Source: Candidatus Dojkabacteria bacterium
Lineage (GTDB): Bacteria; Patescibacteriota; Dojkabacteria; SC72; JAFGCJ01
Direction: 5' to 3'
Assembly (NCBI GenBank): GCA_016932785.1
Contig: JAFGCJ010000002.1
Location: forward strand, 337,777 to 401,776
Length of the DNA stretch: 64,000 bases
Positions 36,441 through 47,494 of this stretch are shown in pieces. Below the pieces are notes generated by a model. That model worked only from the letters and a program-made list of their open reading frames with translations, searched no databases and was not told where the DNA came from. How positions within the stretch are numbered: the first letter of the stretch is position 1; each line of letters starts with the position of its first letter. The position numbers and the translations under genes are program-made.

Positions 36441-38276
36441 TCAATCTTCGACAACCCTATAAACATAAAGAGTTTTATTCTTAAGCTCAACCTTCTTCTC
36501 CAAAACAAGCCATTCTTGACTTTCAAGCAAATCTAGACTCCCATAATCCCCTTTGTCTTCATACCCTTCCAATACGATGAATCCAACTTCACTGATTTCA
36601 TATTTCTCAATTTTTTTCTTGAAAACATTGATGTCGTACCACTTGAATGCATAGTACTCACCCGGTTCGGGAACATACAGCATACCCTTCTTCGGGACCC
36701 ACTCAAGTAGATGCCAGTTCCACTGCGGATCAAACTCTAAGTCTTTACTATAAAAAGCGGGTAGATGAGTCCAACCTATATCATTCATCCAAACTCCATC
36801 TTCTTCATCAAAGTTGTTCATTACTTCTCTGCATTCCATATTTACTCCCCACTTAAGTGTCTGAGAAACTTGACCGTTAAGCAAAAGAAATGCCAGACTA
36901 ACAGATGCAGTTATTGAGCCAAGCAAAAACACATATGCAGATTTGAATAAAAAGAAATTCTTATCTTTAAATCGACGAGCGAAGCAGAAAAATGCAAGAC
37001 CCGAGATGAGTATGACATTTAGTAGAGCTTTAATCACAACAAAATCCTCCTCAAAAAACAATCCTACAGCAACCAGTAGAAACGTAATTAAAACAGAAAA
37101 TATAACTAACCTCTTTCGTCGCAAACCCTCTTTCAGGAAAAACACATACATGATCACAATCAGAGGCACAACAGGAAACAGATATCTGCCATAGGAAGCC
37201 CGGAATATATATACCCCAAGATATGAGAAAAGAATACACGAAGACATCACCATATTAAAACGACTTTTTTTGACCCATTCTATAAACGAGCTTAAACTGA
37301 ATAGAACAACGGGAACAATAATTATCTTAGGGACAGATATAAACGTAAAAGTTCTTGGATACACAAGCTTCCCAAAATAGGACAAAAACAAATTTACAGC
37401 TCGAAAACCCATCTTCAGGAATCCTGGACTTCCATCATAAATTGGTATGTTATATATGGTTTTGGCCTCTTCCTCAACGAGATTGGCCGTCGCAAATTTA
37501 GGAGTAAAATGAGTAGCCGCCCATTCAAATCCATTTTGAATCAAGCCAAGAGTATTCGCCAGAAAGATGTTTACAGGAATAATTGGCGTGCAAAACATTA
37601 ATATTATGAAGACAACAGACGGAAGAAGCAACAAGAATGTTCTTCCCAGAACCGTCTTTAGTAAATTTGCCGTACTCTTCTTGTTCTTCCTCCAAGCCTC
37701 TATACAAATATACAGAATAAAACCAGGGATAATAGCAAAAAAAACATGATCTTTAGCATCAAGAACCAAAACCAACAGAAGTCCTTGTAGTATCCAGCTC
37801 TTCTTTTCAAGCACTATATAAATAAAGAGTAAAAGAGAAAAAACGGCCGGAATCTCTCTGTAGTATGTAGGAACAAGTTTCAAAAAATCGAAAGTAGTTG
37901 CAAAAAGAAATACCCCAGCAAGGGCCCAACCCCGAAGTTTGAAGAATTTCTTAAGTATTAAATAGAAAAGAACACATGATGCCGCCCCTAAAAATATATG
38001 AAACAGAGTAGCAACAAATACTGAAGGCCCAGTAACCCAATAAACAATAGCCACAGGAATTTTGAACAGAAATCCATGAACACCGACAGCATAGTTGCCT
38101 ATCCACTTTCCCTGTCTTAAAAGCTCAGAAATAATCATGGTCTCCCGCAGGTAAATACTTTCGTCTGAAACAATGTTTCTGAAAAAAGTAACCGCAATGC
38201 CATAACAGACTACCCCAAAAACAAGAATCCAGAGCCCATATTTTTCTATAAAGCTGCGAATTTTTTTATTAAACAT
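36441..38276 (-). CDS. GT-C-fold (PMT/ArnT-like) membrane glycosyltransferase
   Basis: SDE motif after the first TM, many TM helices, GRYLFP motif. Confidence 0.7.
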   Translation of the reverse strand: MFNKKIRSFIEKYGLWILVFGVVCYGIAVTFFRNIVSDESIYLRETMIISELLRQGKWIGNYAVGVHGFLFKIPVAIVYWVTGPSVFVATLFHIFLGAASCVLFYLILKKFFKLRGWALAGVFLFATTFDFLKLVPTYYREIPAVFSLLLFIYIVLEKKSWILQGLLLVLVLDAKDHVFFAIIPGFILYICIEAWRKNKKSTANLLKTVLGRTFLLLLPSVVFIILMFCTPIIPVNIFLANTLGLIQNGFEWAATHFTPKFATANLVEEEAKTIYNIPIYDGSPGFLKMGFRAVNLFLSYFGKLVYPRTFTFISVPKIIIVPVVLFSLSSFIEWVKKSRFNMVMSSCILFSYLGVYIFRASYGRYLFPVVPLIVIMYVFFLKEGLRRKRLVIFSVLITFLLVAVGLFFEEDFVVIKALLNVILISGLAFFCFARRFKDKNFFLFKSAYVFLLGSITASVSLAFLLLNGQVSQTLKWGVNMECREVMNNFDEEDGVWMNDIGWTHLPAFYSKDLEFDPQWNWHLLEWVPKKGMLYVPEPGEYYAFKWYDINVFKKKIEKYEISEVGFIVLEGYEDKGDYGSLDLLESQEWLVLEKKVELKNKTLYVYRVVED

Positions 38277-38381
38277 TGTCGGCAAGCGGAAATATAATTT
38301 CCCGGAACACCCAAAAAGATTTTATCACAATGAAACTAAGTTTACTTTGGTACATCCAAATGGTATAAACTCTTTCAAGAA

Positions 38382-38525
38382 ATGATAATCATCATGGACC
38401 TAACAATACTGGCATTGACTCTCTTGCATCTGATTCAGATGATATTCTATGATCAAATGATCACATACAGCCTTGTAATAGCATCGTTCTTGCTTATAAC
38501 TAGATTTTTCTTCGGGAAAAAATGA
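38382..38525 (+). CDS. Small hydrophobic protein (47 aa)
   Basis: MIIIMDLTILALTLLHLIQM...FFFGKK; ATGA overlap with the next ORF; TGGTATAAAC upstream. Confidence 0.4.
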   Translation: MIIIMDLTILALTLLHLIQMIFYDQMITYSLVIASFLLITRFFFGKK

Positions 38526-38782
38526 TTGAGACTCTACTAATTATATCTATTCTAACAGTTGCATTTTTCAATATACACCTAACATTGAGCGATCTGCTTA
38601 CCACAATCAAAGCGACCTCAAAAATTGACTCCTCAAGAATTTCCTTTGCATTGGCAATTGCTATCTGTGGCTCGGCTTTTTTCTATCTCAAGCTTGGCAA
38701 CAAAAGTCCCATTTCGTTACCTATACTTTTCCTGGCGTGCCTACTTCTTTTCTGGATTGGAATGAAAATCTCTAACAAATAG
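38522..38782 (+). CDS. Small membrane protein
   Basis: 86 aa, three hydrophobic segments. Confidence 0.5.
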   Translation: MIETLLIISILTVAFFNIHLTLSDLLTTIKATSKIDSSRISFALAIAICGSAFFYLKLGNKSPISLPILFLACLLLFWIGMKISNK

Positions 38783-38789
38783 CAACATG

Positions 38790-39377
38790 TTATTGCCTGT
38801 CGAATTTATTTAACAGGCGCGAAAGAATAATTCTGCTATATTCAATGATTGATCCAGCCCTATAAACAGGGACAAAGTCAAGATCACCTTCATAATTTTC
38901 CCCGTCTACAAGAAGAACACCATCTTTATAGGAGTCTCCCACTGAATACTTTAGTTCAGGACAATAATCTTGCCCAGATATTGTAAAAAAATACATTTTG
39001 CCACGAGAATTATCTATTTCCTTAAATCTAAAATTCATAGCATTGCATTTATTTACAAAGGGGCTTTGACGCAATACTGCATGCCGAACAACATCACCCT
39101 TACTGTCACGGACATCAATCTCAACATCCTTTGAAGGAGCAACACAATTATTAACAACAAGATCGAACCCCACCAGATTATTCTCGGTGGCAATAAAAGT
39201 CTGTTCCACTCTATTATCATCGACTTCAATTAATTCATAACCATCTTCTGCAAAATTCTGAGGCACAAAAATTTGAACAGTGTCATACTCTCTTACAATC
39301 AAAAGGTAACCAAAAGGGCTAAGAATTACCAATATAAAAATTGCACATAATATTTTTCCCAAAATCTTCTTTTTCAT
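38790..39377 (-). CDS. Membrane-anchored hypothetical protein (beta-sandwich-like)
   Basis: TM helix; VEQTFIATENNLVGFDL, FRFKEIDNSRGKMYFF, GDLDF; coupled to the upstream GT-C gene. Confidence 0.6.
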   Translation of the reverse strand: MKKKILGKILCAIFILVILSPFGYLLIVREYDTVQIFVPQNFAEDGYELIEVDDNRVEQTFIATENNLVGFDLVVNNCVAPSKDVEIDVRDSKGDVVRHAVLRQSPFVNKCNAMNFRFKEIDNSRGKMYFFTISGQDYCPELKYSVGDSYKDGVLLVDGENYEGDLDFVPVYRAGSIIEYSRIILSRLLNKFDRQ

Positions 39378-40756
39378 AAATAATACCTAGTCAAAATAAG
39401 CACGACACAAAAGAAATTGAAGAGAAACATTCCACATACAAGAATCCTGCATATTGCCTTCACAAATTTCGTCGGTACAATGCTAGTCAAACCGACAACC
39501 AAGATTGCAGCAATTGGAAAAAGTATAGGAAAGTAATACCGGCCCTGCGTGGGGAAACTAGTGTAACAGGTAGTATAAAAAACCCTAAGAAACATATACG
39601 AGAGAAAAGCCTCAAAAGCTACCACCAGGCTAACCAGAATTATAACATTCTTATCTTTTTTTCTTGACCTGAAATCTCTAACTGTTTTGTAAATAAACCT
39701 CAGTACAGCGATTATACACACCACTGCCGCTATAGCATAAACATACTTGGGAAGAAGTGTGTCCAACCACCCAAAATTACCGACAAAATTCTGGAACACA
39801 ATCTTATACCTGGGAAAAACGGCTGCTTCAACATACCTGAAAAACGGAAGATTCCTACAATTATCAACGTATTCAACAAAGTTATCCCGAACTATACCTG
39901 TATTCCCAGCTGGATTCGGATAAAGACTTTTAAACAGGATCACATTCCGAATAAAATATGCCAGAGGTATAACCATCGGAACAGCGAACACTACGAACTC
40001 TTTCCACCTAAATTTCTTTATGATTCTTATCCCAAATACAAAACATATTATCGGCACAAAGATTAGAAACTGTGCCTTTGATAATATTCCCAAGACGCAC
40101 CACAGGGAAGCTGCTACATAATCTATCAACACCAATTCCTTTCGGTTAAAAGCTTTAAGCACATAGTAAATTGAAGCCATAGAAGAGGTAAAAAGAAGTA
40201 CATCATTATTCACCCCTGAACTTATAAACATATACATCGGCCAAAAATTAGCTACGGTCACAATAGCTAATCTCACATACTTGTTTTTTGTTAAAAATCT
40301 AGACGCTCTTTCGGAGTAAATAAAAGATGCCACTGAAAGAGCAACACCAACTATACGAAGGATAAACAACACTGTCATCATTCCAAAACCTGAAAACATT
40401 GCATAAAAGATAGCTCCAATTATATAGTACGCCGGAGGATGATTGAAGACGTGGGCCGCATTAAATGAATCAACATCAGTAGAAGATTGTTTTTCGAAGT
40501 CGAAGTGATAATTCCAATTATGAAAGACTCTGTTTGATTGATTTACTTCAATTTCCTTCTCTATCGAAGGCGAATCCTCTAGAAAGTTGCTATCATATAT
40601 ATCGCTTCTATTCGGAATCCTTAGATTCTCAGCAATAAATTGGACATATCGAAGATGAGCCTGCTCATCAGGAACCTGAAAGGGAGGAATTATTGTAACC
40701 CATAGAAAACCCAGCACAATAAATAGAACAAGCAGGTTTTTAAAAGGTTTTTCCAC
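39374..40756 (-). CDS. DUF2142-like GT-C membrane protein
   Basis: PPFQVPDEQAHL, HPPAYY, VNND, QGRYYFP. Confidence 0.8.
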   Translation of the reverse strand: MEKPFKNLLVLFIVLGFLWVTIIPPFQVPDEQAHLRYVQFIAENLRIPNRSDIYDSNFLEDSPSIEKEIEVNQSNRVFHNWNYHFDFEKQSSTDVDSFNAAHVFNHPPAYYIIGAIFYAMFSGFGMMTVLFILRIVGVALSVASFIYSERASRFLTKNKYVRLAIVTVANFWPMYMFISSGVNNDVLLFTSSMASIYYVLKAFNRKELVLIDYVAASLWCVLGILSKAQFLIFVPIICFVFGIRIIKKFRWKEFVVFAVPMVIPLAYFIRNVILFKSLYPNPAGNTGIVRDNFVEYVDNCRNLPFFRYVEAAVFPRYKIVFQNFVGNFGWLDTLLPKYVYAIAAVVCIIAVLRFIYKTVRDFRSRKKDKNVIILVSLVVAFEAFLSYMFLRVFYTTCYTSFPTQGRYYFPILFPIAAILVVGLTSIVPTKFVKAICRILVCGMFLFNFFCVVLILTRYYL

Positions 40757-40852
40757 AAAAATACAATCTAAATTAACTTAAAAATTATACTCTACTCAAG
40801 TATTTTTGTTAAAAGCTTCATAAATGCTATAATATTGAAAATAACTTCATCT

Positions 40853-43819
40853 ATGCTCATCATGAGAAGGAAACTGCGAGTTGCCATTCTTTCACTTTTC
40901 CTAGTTTTTTCAGTTGTATTAATAGCAGGCCTGTTTATCTCACAAAGAGTACATTCAGAGAATGACCGACTATGGGATGAAGTCTATGAAATGACATCTG
41001 ACGAAAAGGAATTTGCTCTGGACAGAATTATTGTTAAGTTCAAAGACAACGCATCGGAGAAAGAAATCAAGAAGAGTTTATCCAGTACCACCGTCGATAT
41101 AGAAAAAACAAACCTAATATCAAAAAGAAACGTCTACTCTATTTACATTTCCGAAGAAAGATCAACAGACGAGGCTGCCAAGTTCAGCCTTTCCGGATTA
41201 AGTTCAAAAACATCAGAGGACCGGGATGGGCGGGAAGAAAAAATTGCCACTCTCCGAGAAGCACTTCTTGGATATCTCAAGGATCCAAACGTCGAGATAG
41301 CTCAACCAAGCTATGTCCATAGATTCTCCACCTGGATCACAAACGGCGTCAGAGATCTTCCCGATGACTATAACGCGTCAGAACACTGGTACTATGACAA
41401 AGGAAATCTGGGACAAATGTGGCAAGACCAGGACTGCGGTACCGGAGGATCCGGATGCGGCGGCGACAACAATATTGTTGTCGCAGTCTTAGATTCAGGT
41501 CTTGCATACGAGGACCACACAACCGACTATTTTCCAGCCTACACAGGAGATCCCACAGCTTATGACTTCTATACCGCATCAGAATATAACAACAGTAACG
41601 GATTCTCTTTATACACAAATTCAGATGAGACCGGATGCGATGATGGCGACGATGACGACGGAAACGGATATATCGATGACTGTCACGGCCTAAACGCTTA
41701 CGAACAGGCAATCTGCAACTATAACTCATGCACAACATCGCAAGAATCTGAAATCGGCCATCCAAATGACGACTACGGGCATGGAACATTTGTAACAGGA
41801 CTTATATCTTCGATTGTAGAAAATAACGCCGGAAGTATATCACCAGCCCCTAATGTATCAATAATGCCAATAAAGATTTCCGAGAGAGTCTCACACAGTT
41901 TACCAATGTATGTCGGAGACCCTCCTTCACCAGCGATTTTCACCGAAACAATTATCTATGGAATTGAATATGCGATATCAGAAGGTGCAGATGTAATCAA
42001 TATGAGCTACGGATCAAGCAGTTCAAACTATATAGAAGAATACTTCATTAAGGAAGCATACAACAACGGCATAACTCTAGTAGCCGCTGCAGGTAATGGC
42101 TTTGGAGATGCAATAGAATATCCGGCAGCATACTCTGAGGTAATAGCCGTAGGAGCAACAGACAGCTCAGACAACAGAGCAAACTACTCAAATAGAGGAA
42201 GCGAAATGGACTTAGTTGCTGCTGTCGGAGATGGATCCGGTACCGGAAACGCAGCATGGCAGCAAAGTATTACTATGCTTGACACCAATGACTACGGCAC
42301 CTGTCTTGTCACTGAATATACTGATGAAACATCTTGTACCACAAATGGATACTCATGGATTGGAGGAAGATGTATCGATCCCTACAATGAAAATGCCTTC
42401 GACTGCATTACATCAGGACTTGACTGGGAAATCGGTGACTATAGTGCAACATCTACATTTCATGGAATTGGAACCTCATACGCATCACCGCAGGTAAGTG
42501 CCGCAGCAGCATTAATAAAGGGATCGGCAAATTACCCACAAAAACCTAGCGAAATAAGGAACTTTCTTAGAATAAATACAACATCACTCTCTAGCGGTTT
42601 TTCTAAGGATTTTGGTTTTGGACTTCTCAACTTCGAAGGCATAACAAATTTCGACTATGTTATGAGATTGATCCATAGCGGTAACTCAAGAGGAAATACG
42701 GATATCAGTGACTGGGACTATGGATACTGGAAATCCGAATGTATGAACAGCGGATTTCTTCATGGTCTAAGCATGAACACAAGCACATATGATCTTAACG
42801 GCATGGTTTGTGACGATACAGGTACTGACCTTATTGAACCTAGTTCTTCCTACAGCGTTCACACATTTAACGGTGGGAACTCTCGCGGTTCTACGAACTC
42901 CGGAGACTGGGACTACGGTTATTGGAAAGGCGAATGTGGTAATAATGAATACATTACAGGCACGAGTATGAAAACTTCCACCAGGGATAGTCAATCTATA
43001 CTTTGTAGAGAATATAACGATGATAACATCGCCATGTCTTGGGAATATAAAAAGTACACAATCCCAGGCGGCGATCGTGGATATGGTTCAACAGCGGCCG
43101 GCGATTGGGACTATGGTTACTGGAAATCCCAATGCAGTGTATATGAGATGGCCGTTGGTGTAAGTATGAGCCCAACATCCAGACATGATCACGGACTCTT
43201 ATGCCGAAGATATGAAGAAATCCCAAGCGGACACATGATAAGATTTTATGATGGCAGCAATTCCAGAGGGACTACTGCAGCCGGAGACTGGGCCTACGGC
43301 AGATGGAAAGGTGAGTGTAATGAAGCTAGCTTTGTAAAAGGTACCAGCATGAATCCGTCAACAGGTCAGCCAAGTGCTATGCTGTGCAAAGACGAAGATC
43401 CGTACCTTCTCGACAGTCCTCTTTCATACAATGTATATACTTACAACGGAGGCAACGATCGAGGATCAACAGCATCTGGAGACTGGGACTTTGGATACTG
43501 GAAGGGCGAATGTGCTGATGACGAGTTTATCGCAGGATTTAGCATGTATCCAAGCAGTGCTGGAAGCAATGCGTACGATCCATATTCCATAATATGTAAA
43601 AAATACGATCCCAGTAAGATAGATATAACATCGAACTATACAGCTTACGTTTACTATGGAAGTGAAGACCCAAGAGGAGATACTTCTACAGGAGACTGGA
43701 ATTATGGAAACTGGAAAGGCGAATGCGCATCAAACGAGATAATGACAGGAGTTAGTATGAACCCTTCCACAAAGATGCCTCACGCAATACTTTGTAGGGA
43801 ATACACTGTCGTACCCTAG
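40853..43819 (+). CDS. S8 subtilisin-like serine protease with six C-terminal Trp/Cys repeats
   Basis: Triad VAVLDSG / HGTFVTG / GTSYASP, oxyanion AAAGN; start re-called because TTG 40835 abuts the TGCTATAAT -10 element. Confidence 0.92.
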   Translation: MLIMRRKLRVAILSLFLVFSVVLIAGLFISQRVHSENDRLWDEVYEMTSDEKEFALDRIIVKFKDNASEKEIKKSLSSTTVDIEKTNLISKRNVYSIYISEERSTDEAAKFSLSGLSSKTSEDRDGREEKIATLREALLGYLKDPNVEIAQPSYVHRFSTWITNGVRDLPDDYNASEHWYYDKGNLGQMWQDQDCGTGGSGCGGDNNIVVAVLDSGLAYEDHTTDYFPAYTGDPTAYDFYTASEYNNSNGFSLYTNSDETGCDDGDDDDGNGYIDDCHGLNAYEQAICNYNSCTTSQESEIGHPNDDYGHGTFVTGLISSIVENNAGSISPAPNVSIMPIKISERVSHSLPMYVGDPPSPAIFTETIIYGIEYAISEGADVINMSYGSSSSNYIEEYFIKEAYNNGITLVAAAGNGFGDAIEYPAAYSEVIAVGATDSSDNRANYSNRGSEMDLVAAVGDGSGTGNAAWQQSITMLDTNDYGTCLVTEYTDETSCTTNGYSWIGGRCIDPYNENAFDCITSGLDWEIGDYSATSTFHGIGTSYASPQVSAAAALIKGSANYPQKPSEIRNFLRINTTSLSSGFSKDFGFGLLNFEGITNFDYVMRLIHSGNSRGNTDISDWDYGYWKSECMNSGFLHGLSMNTSTYDLNGMVCDDTGTDLIEPSSSYSVHTFNGGNSRGSTNSGDWDYGYWKGECGNNEYITGTSMKTSTRDSQSILCREYNDDNIAMSWEYKKYTIPGGDRGYGSTAAGDWDYGYWKSQCSVYEMAVGVSMSPTSRHDHGLLCRRYEEIPSGHMIRFYDGSNSRGTTAAGDWAYGRWKGECNEASFVKGTSMNPSTGQPSAMLCKDEDPYLLDSPLSYNVYTYNGGNDRGSTASGDWDFGYWKGECADDEFIAGFSMYPSSAGSNAYDPYSIICKKYDPSKIDITSNYTAYVYYGSEDPRGDTSTGDWNYGNWKGECASNEIMTGVSMNPSTKMPHAILCREYTVVP

Positions 43820-43908
43820 ACGTAATTAAAACCAAAGACAGATACAGAAGGGACAATAGTGCTTGAGCTTCTTGTAAACTAATCGAAATACCAATAAAAT
43901 ATCCCTCG

Positions 43909-45438
43909 ATGAAGGCAAATTCTAAGGTAGTAGTACGCGGCTCAATAATAATGTTTATTGGAATTGTCGCCCGTACAATAATACTTTTCATAAGAAAAAT
44001 CTATATCGGTCGAGCTCTTGGTGCTGAAATATTAGGCTCATTTACTCTTGCGCACACAATATTCCAGATTGTTACACTCATTAGCCTTTTTGGGCTATAT
44101 AGAACTATAAACCGGTTTTCCCCTCAGTTCAGAACAGAAAAAAACGATAACAAGCTTAATACCCTGATAGGCACATTTCTAAAATTCTCAGTCTTACTCA
44201 GTATCGTTTTTACAATTATTGTCTTCGGTTGTGCCCCCTTCTTTTCAGATCTGTTCAATGATCAGCAGCTCGCTCAAGAACTGAGAATCCTCATTTTATG
44301 CACACCACTCTTTATAGGTATAAGACTACTCGTAGCCATCTCTACAAGTTTTGAAAACACGAAACTTGAAGCACTAATAGAGCATATCATGTTGACTATT
44401 ACCACAACTGTCGCCCTCGTAATTCTTGTATCCCTAGGAATCAGGGAACACGCAATATCCTACTCGTTCTTAATAGGATATGTCCTAAACCTCGCGCTCA
44501 CTGTATTTCTCACAAGGTACACAAATTTAAAGCATTTGAAGTTTTCAAAATTACTAAAAAACTTCGACAAGAGATATCTTTTTTACTCTATACCAATATT
44601 CATTTTTTCAGTATTAACATTTCTTACTCAATGGTTTGACACCTTCATATTAGGCTACTTTAATTCCAGCGAAGACGTCGGTGTTTATAATATAGCCCTC
44701 ACAATTTCAACATTGCCCACTCTTCTCTCAAGTTCCTTGAGTACAAGTTTCTTCCCTACAGTATCAAGACTTATTTCTTCTGGTGAACTCAAAGAGACTA
44801 AAAGACTGTATCGAGATATTATAAGAATTCTTTTGTTTATTACAGTTCCTTTAATGGCAACTCTAGTAGCATTTTCAAATGAAATACTTGGAGTTTTTGG
44901 AAAAGAATTTCATTCAAGCAATTTCCTAATGCTCTATCTCATATTCGGTGCACTCTTCACAATTGTTACTGGCCCTATTGACCTTGTTCTTACAGCATTA
45001 GACAAACAGAAAATGGTCACTGTTAATGCAATAATTTCTATCGTTGTATCAATAATCCTGAGTTTCTTGCTAATTCCAAAATACGGAATTTTAGGTGCAG
45101 CAATAGCAAACTCAGCAGCCATTTCGACACAAAGATTGCTTGGCTTGATCGAACTGAAGTTAATCAAAAACTTTACACCCTACACAATGAAGACATATTT
45201 TATTATTTTTGTCGGATCAGTACTCAGCTTATCACTGTATCTACTCAAGCCCTATGTCATTCCTGAAGTCATATACTCAAACATGTTACTGGCTATTGGA
45301 TTCCTGGCACTTTGCACTGTTGGTTCATATTCGGCATTCCTCATAATCGTTGTTCTTTTTAAACTTTATCACGAGAAAGACAAAAACCTTATAATAACAA
45401 CTATTAGAAAATTCATACCAAATGGCCTCCCAAATTAA
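43909..45438 (+). CDS. Polysaccharide flippase (Wzx/MOP family)
   Basis: Many TM helices; DTFILGYFNSSEDVGVYNIA, LIPKYGILGAAIA. Confidence 0.92.
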   Translation: MKANSKVVVRGSIIMFIGIVARTIILFIRKIYIGRALGAEILGSFTLAHTIFQIVTLISLFGLYRTINRFSPQFRTEKNDNKLNTLIGTFLKFSVLLSIVFTIIVFGCAPFFSDLFNDQQLAQELRILILCTPLFIGIRLLVAISTSFENTKLEALIEHIMLTITTTVALVILVSLGIREHAISYSFLIGYVLNLALTVFLTRYTNLKHLKFSKLLKNFDKRYLFYSIPIFIFSVLTFLTQWFDTFILGYFNSSEDVGVYNIALTISTLPTLLSSSLSTSFFPTVSRLISSGELKETKRLYRDIIRILLFITVPLMATLVAFSNEILGVFGKEFHSSNFLMLYLIFGALFTIVTGPIDLVLTALDKQKMVTVNAIISIVVSIILSFLLIPKYGILGAAIANSAAISTQRLLGLIELKLIKNFTPYTMKTYFIIFVGSVLSLSLYLLKPYVIPEVIYSNMLLAIGFLALCTVGSYSAFLIIVVLFKLYHEKDKNLIITTIRKFIPNGLPN

Positions 45439-46519
45439 GAAAAACACCCTTTACTACTTCATAGAAAAGTTTGATAAACATTATCTGACTAAAAACATCG
45501 GTATATTTGCAAAATACCTTAGCAATGATTTCAATATAGAATTCATTTCATTAAAAATTACCTCAGATCTAAAAGGTGTCCCCTACGTAGTAACCAAAAT
45601 ACCCTTTATAAAGCTGCTAAACAATCAGATTTACTTTCCATGGAAAGTGCTAATCAAAACAAAGAGAAATGACGTGCTCTGGGCTTACCCCGGACATTTC
45701 GGTGCGTTTGTAGCCATGGTTATATCTAGAATAAAAGGCTCCATACTACTTCTAAAAAGCGACTCCTTTCCTCTCTTCAAAAACATCAGAAATCCACAAA
45801 ACTTGCAAAACAAAATCAGCAATTACTTGCTCTACAGACTTCCAATTCGAGCTTCTAACATAATAATCGCCGAAACAAAGTCTACCAGAGACTTTCTTAC
45901 CCAAAGATGGCATATAGCTGAAGAAAAAATAGTCATGGTTCCAAACGGAATAATTCTGTCCGAATACAAAAAAATTGATAAATCGCTAGGAAATATACAG
46001 AGAAACAAATCTATCCTCTACCTCGCAAGAATTACTAAAACAAAAGGTTTTGATTTATTTATAGAGGCCATCAAGAAATTCAAAGACGAATACCGAATAG
46101 ATGTAGCCGGACCCGTAGAAGAACCTGAGATCTTTAATAAATATAAGAATGTTTTTGACCACCCTACCATTAACTATCACGGCCCTCTCTACGAGAAAGA
46201 TCTTTTCCGAATGCTAAAGAGATCGTATATTTTCGTAAATTCATCTAGAAGCGAGGGGTACAACAATACAATACCAAAAGCTCTATTTTTTGGATGCAAA
46301 GTTGTAGCTACCAACGTTGGCGAGACAAGAGATATTCTAAAAGACGGAGAATTTGGGATTCTATGCAAACCGGAGAAGGATCATCTCGAAGCTGCAATAG
46401 AAAAATGCATTGACTGGGATCCGGACTGGAAAGGAATACGCAAATACCTCTCCAATGAATTGAACTGGGAGAAAAATATAATTCCACTGAAAAGATCAAT
46501 TAAAAATTGTATGAAATAG
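45422..46519 (+). CDS. Glycosyltransferase family 4
   Basis: VPNGI, SRSEGY, VVATNVG. Confidence 0.88.
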   Translation: MASQIKKNTLYYFIEKFDKHYLTKNIGIFAKYLSNDFNIEFISLKITSDLKGVPYVVTKIPFIKLLNNQIYFPWKVLIKTKRNDVLWAYPGHFGAFVAMVISRIKGSILLLKSDSFPLFKNIRNPQNLQNKISNYLLYRLPIRASNIIIAETKSTRDFLTQRWHIAEEKIVMVPNGIILSEYKKIDKSLGNIQRNKSILYLARITKTKGFDLFIEAIKKFKDEYRIDVAGPVEEPEIFNKYKNVFDHPTINYHGPLYEKDLFRMLKRSYIFVNSSRSEGYNNTIPKALFFGCKVVATNVGETRDILKDGEFGILCKPEKDHLEAAIEKCIDWDPDWKGIRKYLSNELNWEKNIIPLKRSIKNCMK

Positions 46520-46522
46520 AGA

Positions 46523-47494
46523 ATGTCAAAAAATACCATTCGAAATATAGAAAAATCTGACAGGAACAAATGTATTCTTTCTAATCTTCCCAAAACCGAA
46601 TTCTGCATCCTCATGCTCAACTGGAATACTACAAAAGATACCATAGAAGCATTGGAATCCATGAAAAAACTCGAGATGAATAAAATGGAGGTATTTCTAC
46701 TCTTCGTAGGTGAAAAAAAAGAGGAAATCGAAAGAATTCAAAATGTGTTTCCGACGATCCACATATACCAGGTACCAAAGAATCTTGGCTTTGCCGAAGG
46801 TAATAACTACCTTTACCGAAAAGCAATTGCGATGTTCGACCCAAAATATATACTTCTCCTTAACACTGACGTAGTGGTTAAGGAGAATCTTCTCTCTACT
46901 CTATCCAAGATATTAGAAAACGACCCGAACATTGGAATTGCGGGGGTTACAAACTATTATTACCACGACCCCAGTAAGATTTGGTACAACGGAGGGAAAA
47001 TAAACAAGATTTCTGGAACAACATCACACGTTGAAGACAAAATATCTACAGAAAGGCTCTACCAAGAAACCGGATATGTGGTCGGAAGCTGCCTTGCCAT
47101 CAGAACTGAAATCGTAAGAAAACTAGCAGAGATATTCGACAGCAAACTATTTTCGTACACTGAGGACGTAGATTTGAACTTAAATGTACAAGAACTAGGA
47201 TACAAGACAGTCGTAACATCAAGAACAAGTATCCTCCACAAAGTAAGTCCAGTTGCCCCAAAGAATACTCCATTTAGAATGTTCTTCGAATCCAGAAACA
47301 GAATTCTTGTAATGAGAAGACACACAGATACTCTTGGATTCCTGGTCTTCATAACAAATTTCCTCATATTCAAAATACCAATATGGATTATAAGGGTAAT
47401 TGTTTCCGGTAATATAAGCTCAGTCGCAGCAATATTCAAGGGAGTTCTGGACGGCCTTGGGCTAATTTCTAGTAATTCAGACTATACAAAATAA
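46523..47494 (+). CDS. Glycosyltransferase family 2
   Basis: LNWN, NLGFAEGNN, LLNTD, YTEDVD. Confidence 0.92.
   Translation: MSKNTIRNIEKSDRNKCILSNLPKTEFCILMLNWNTTKDTIEALESMKKLEMNKMEVFLLFVGEKKEEIERIQNVFPTIHIYQVPKNLGFAEGNNYLYRKAIAMFDPKYILLLNTDVVVKENLLSTLSKILENDPNIGIAGVTNYYYHDPSKIWYNGGKINKISGTTSHVEDKISTERLYQETGYVVGSCLAIRTEIVRKLAEIFDSKLFSYTEDVDLNLNVQELGYKTVVTSRTSILHKVSPVAPKNTPFRMFFESRNRILVMRRHTDTLGFLVFITNFLIFKIPIWIIRVIVSGNISSVAAIFKGVLDGLGLISSNSDYTK

Noticed and set aside
42660..43760. Recurring GACTGGGACTAYGG DNA repeats as a CRISPR array or DGR template/variable repeats
   Set aside because: The repeats are in-frame, degenerate at synonymous positions and encode protein repeats; no cas or reverse transcriptase gene is in the window
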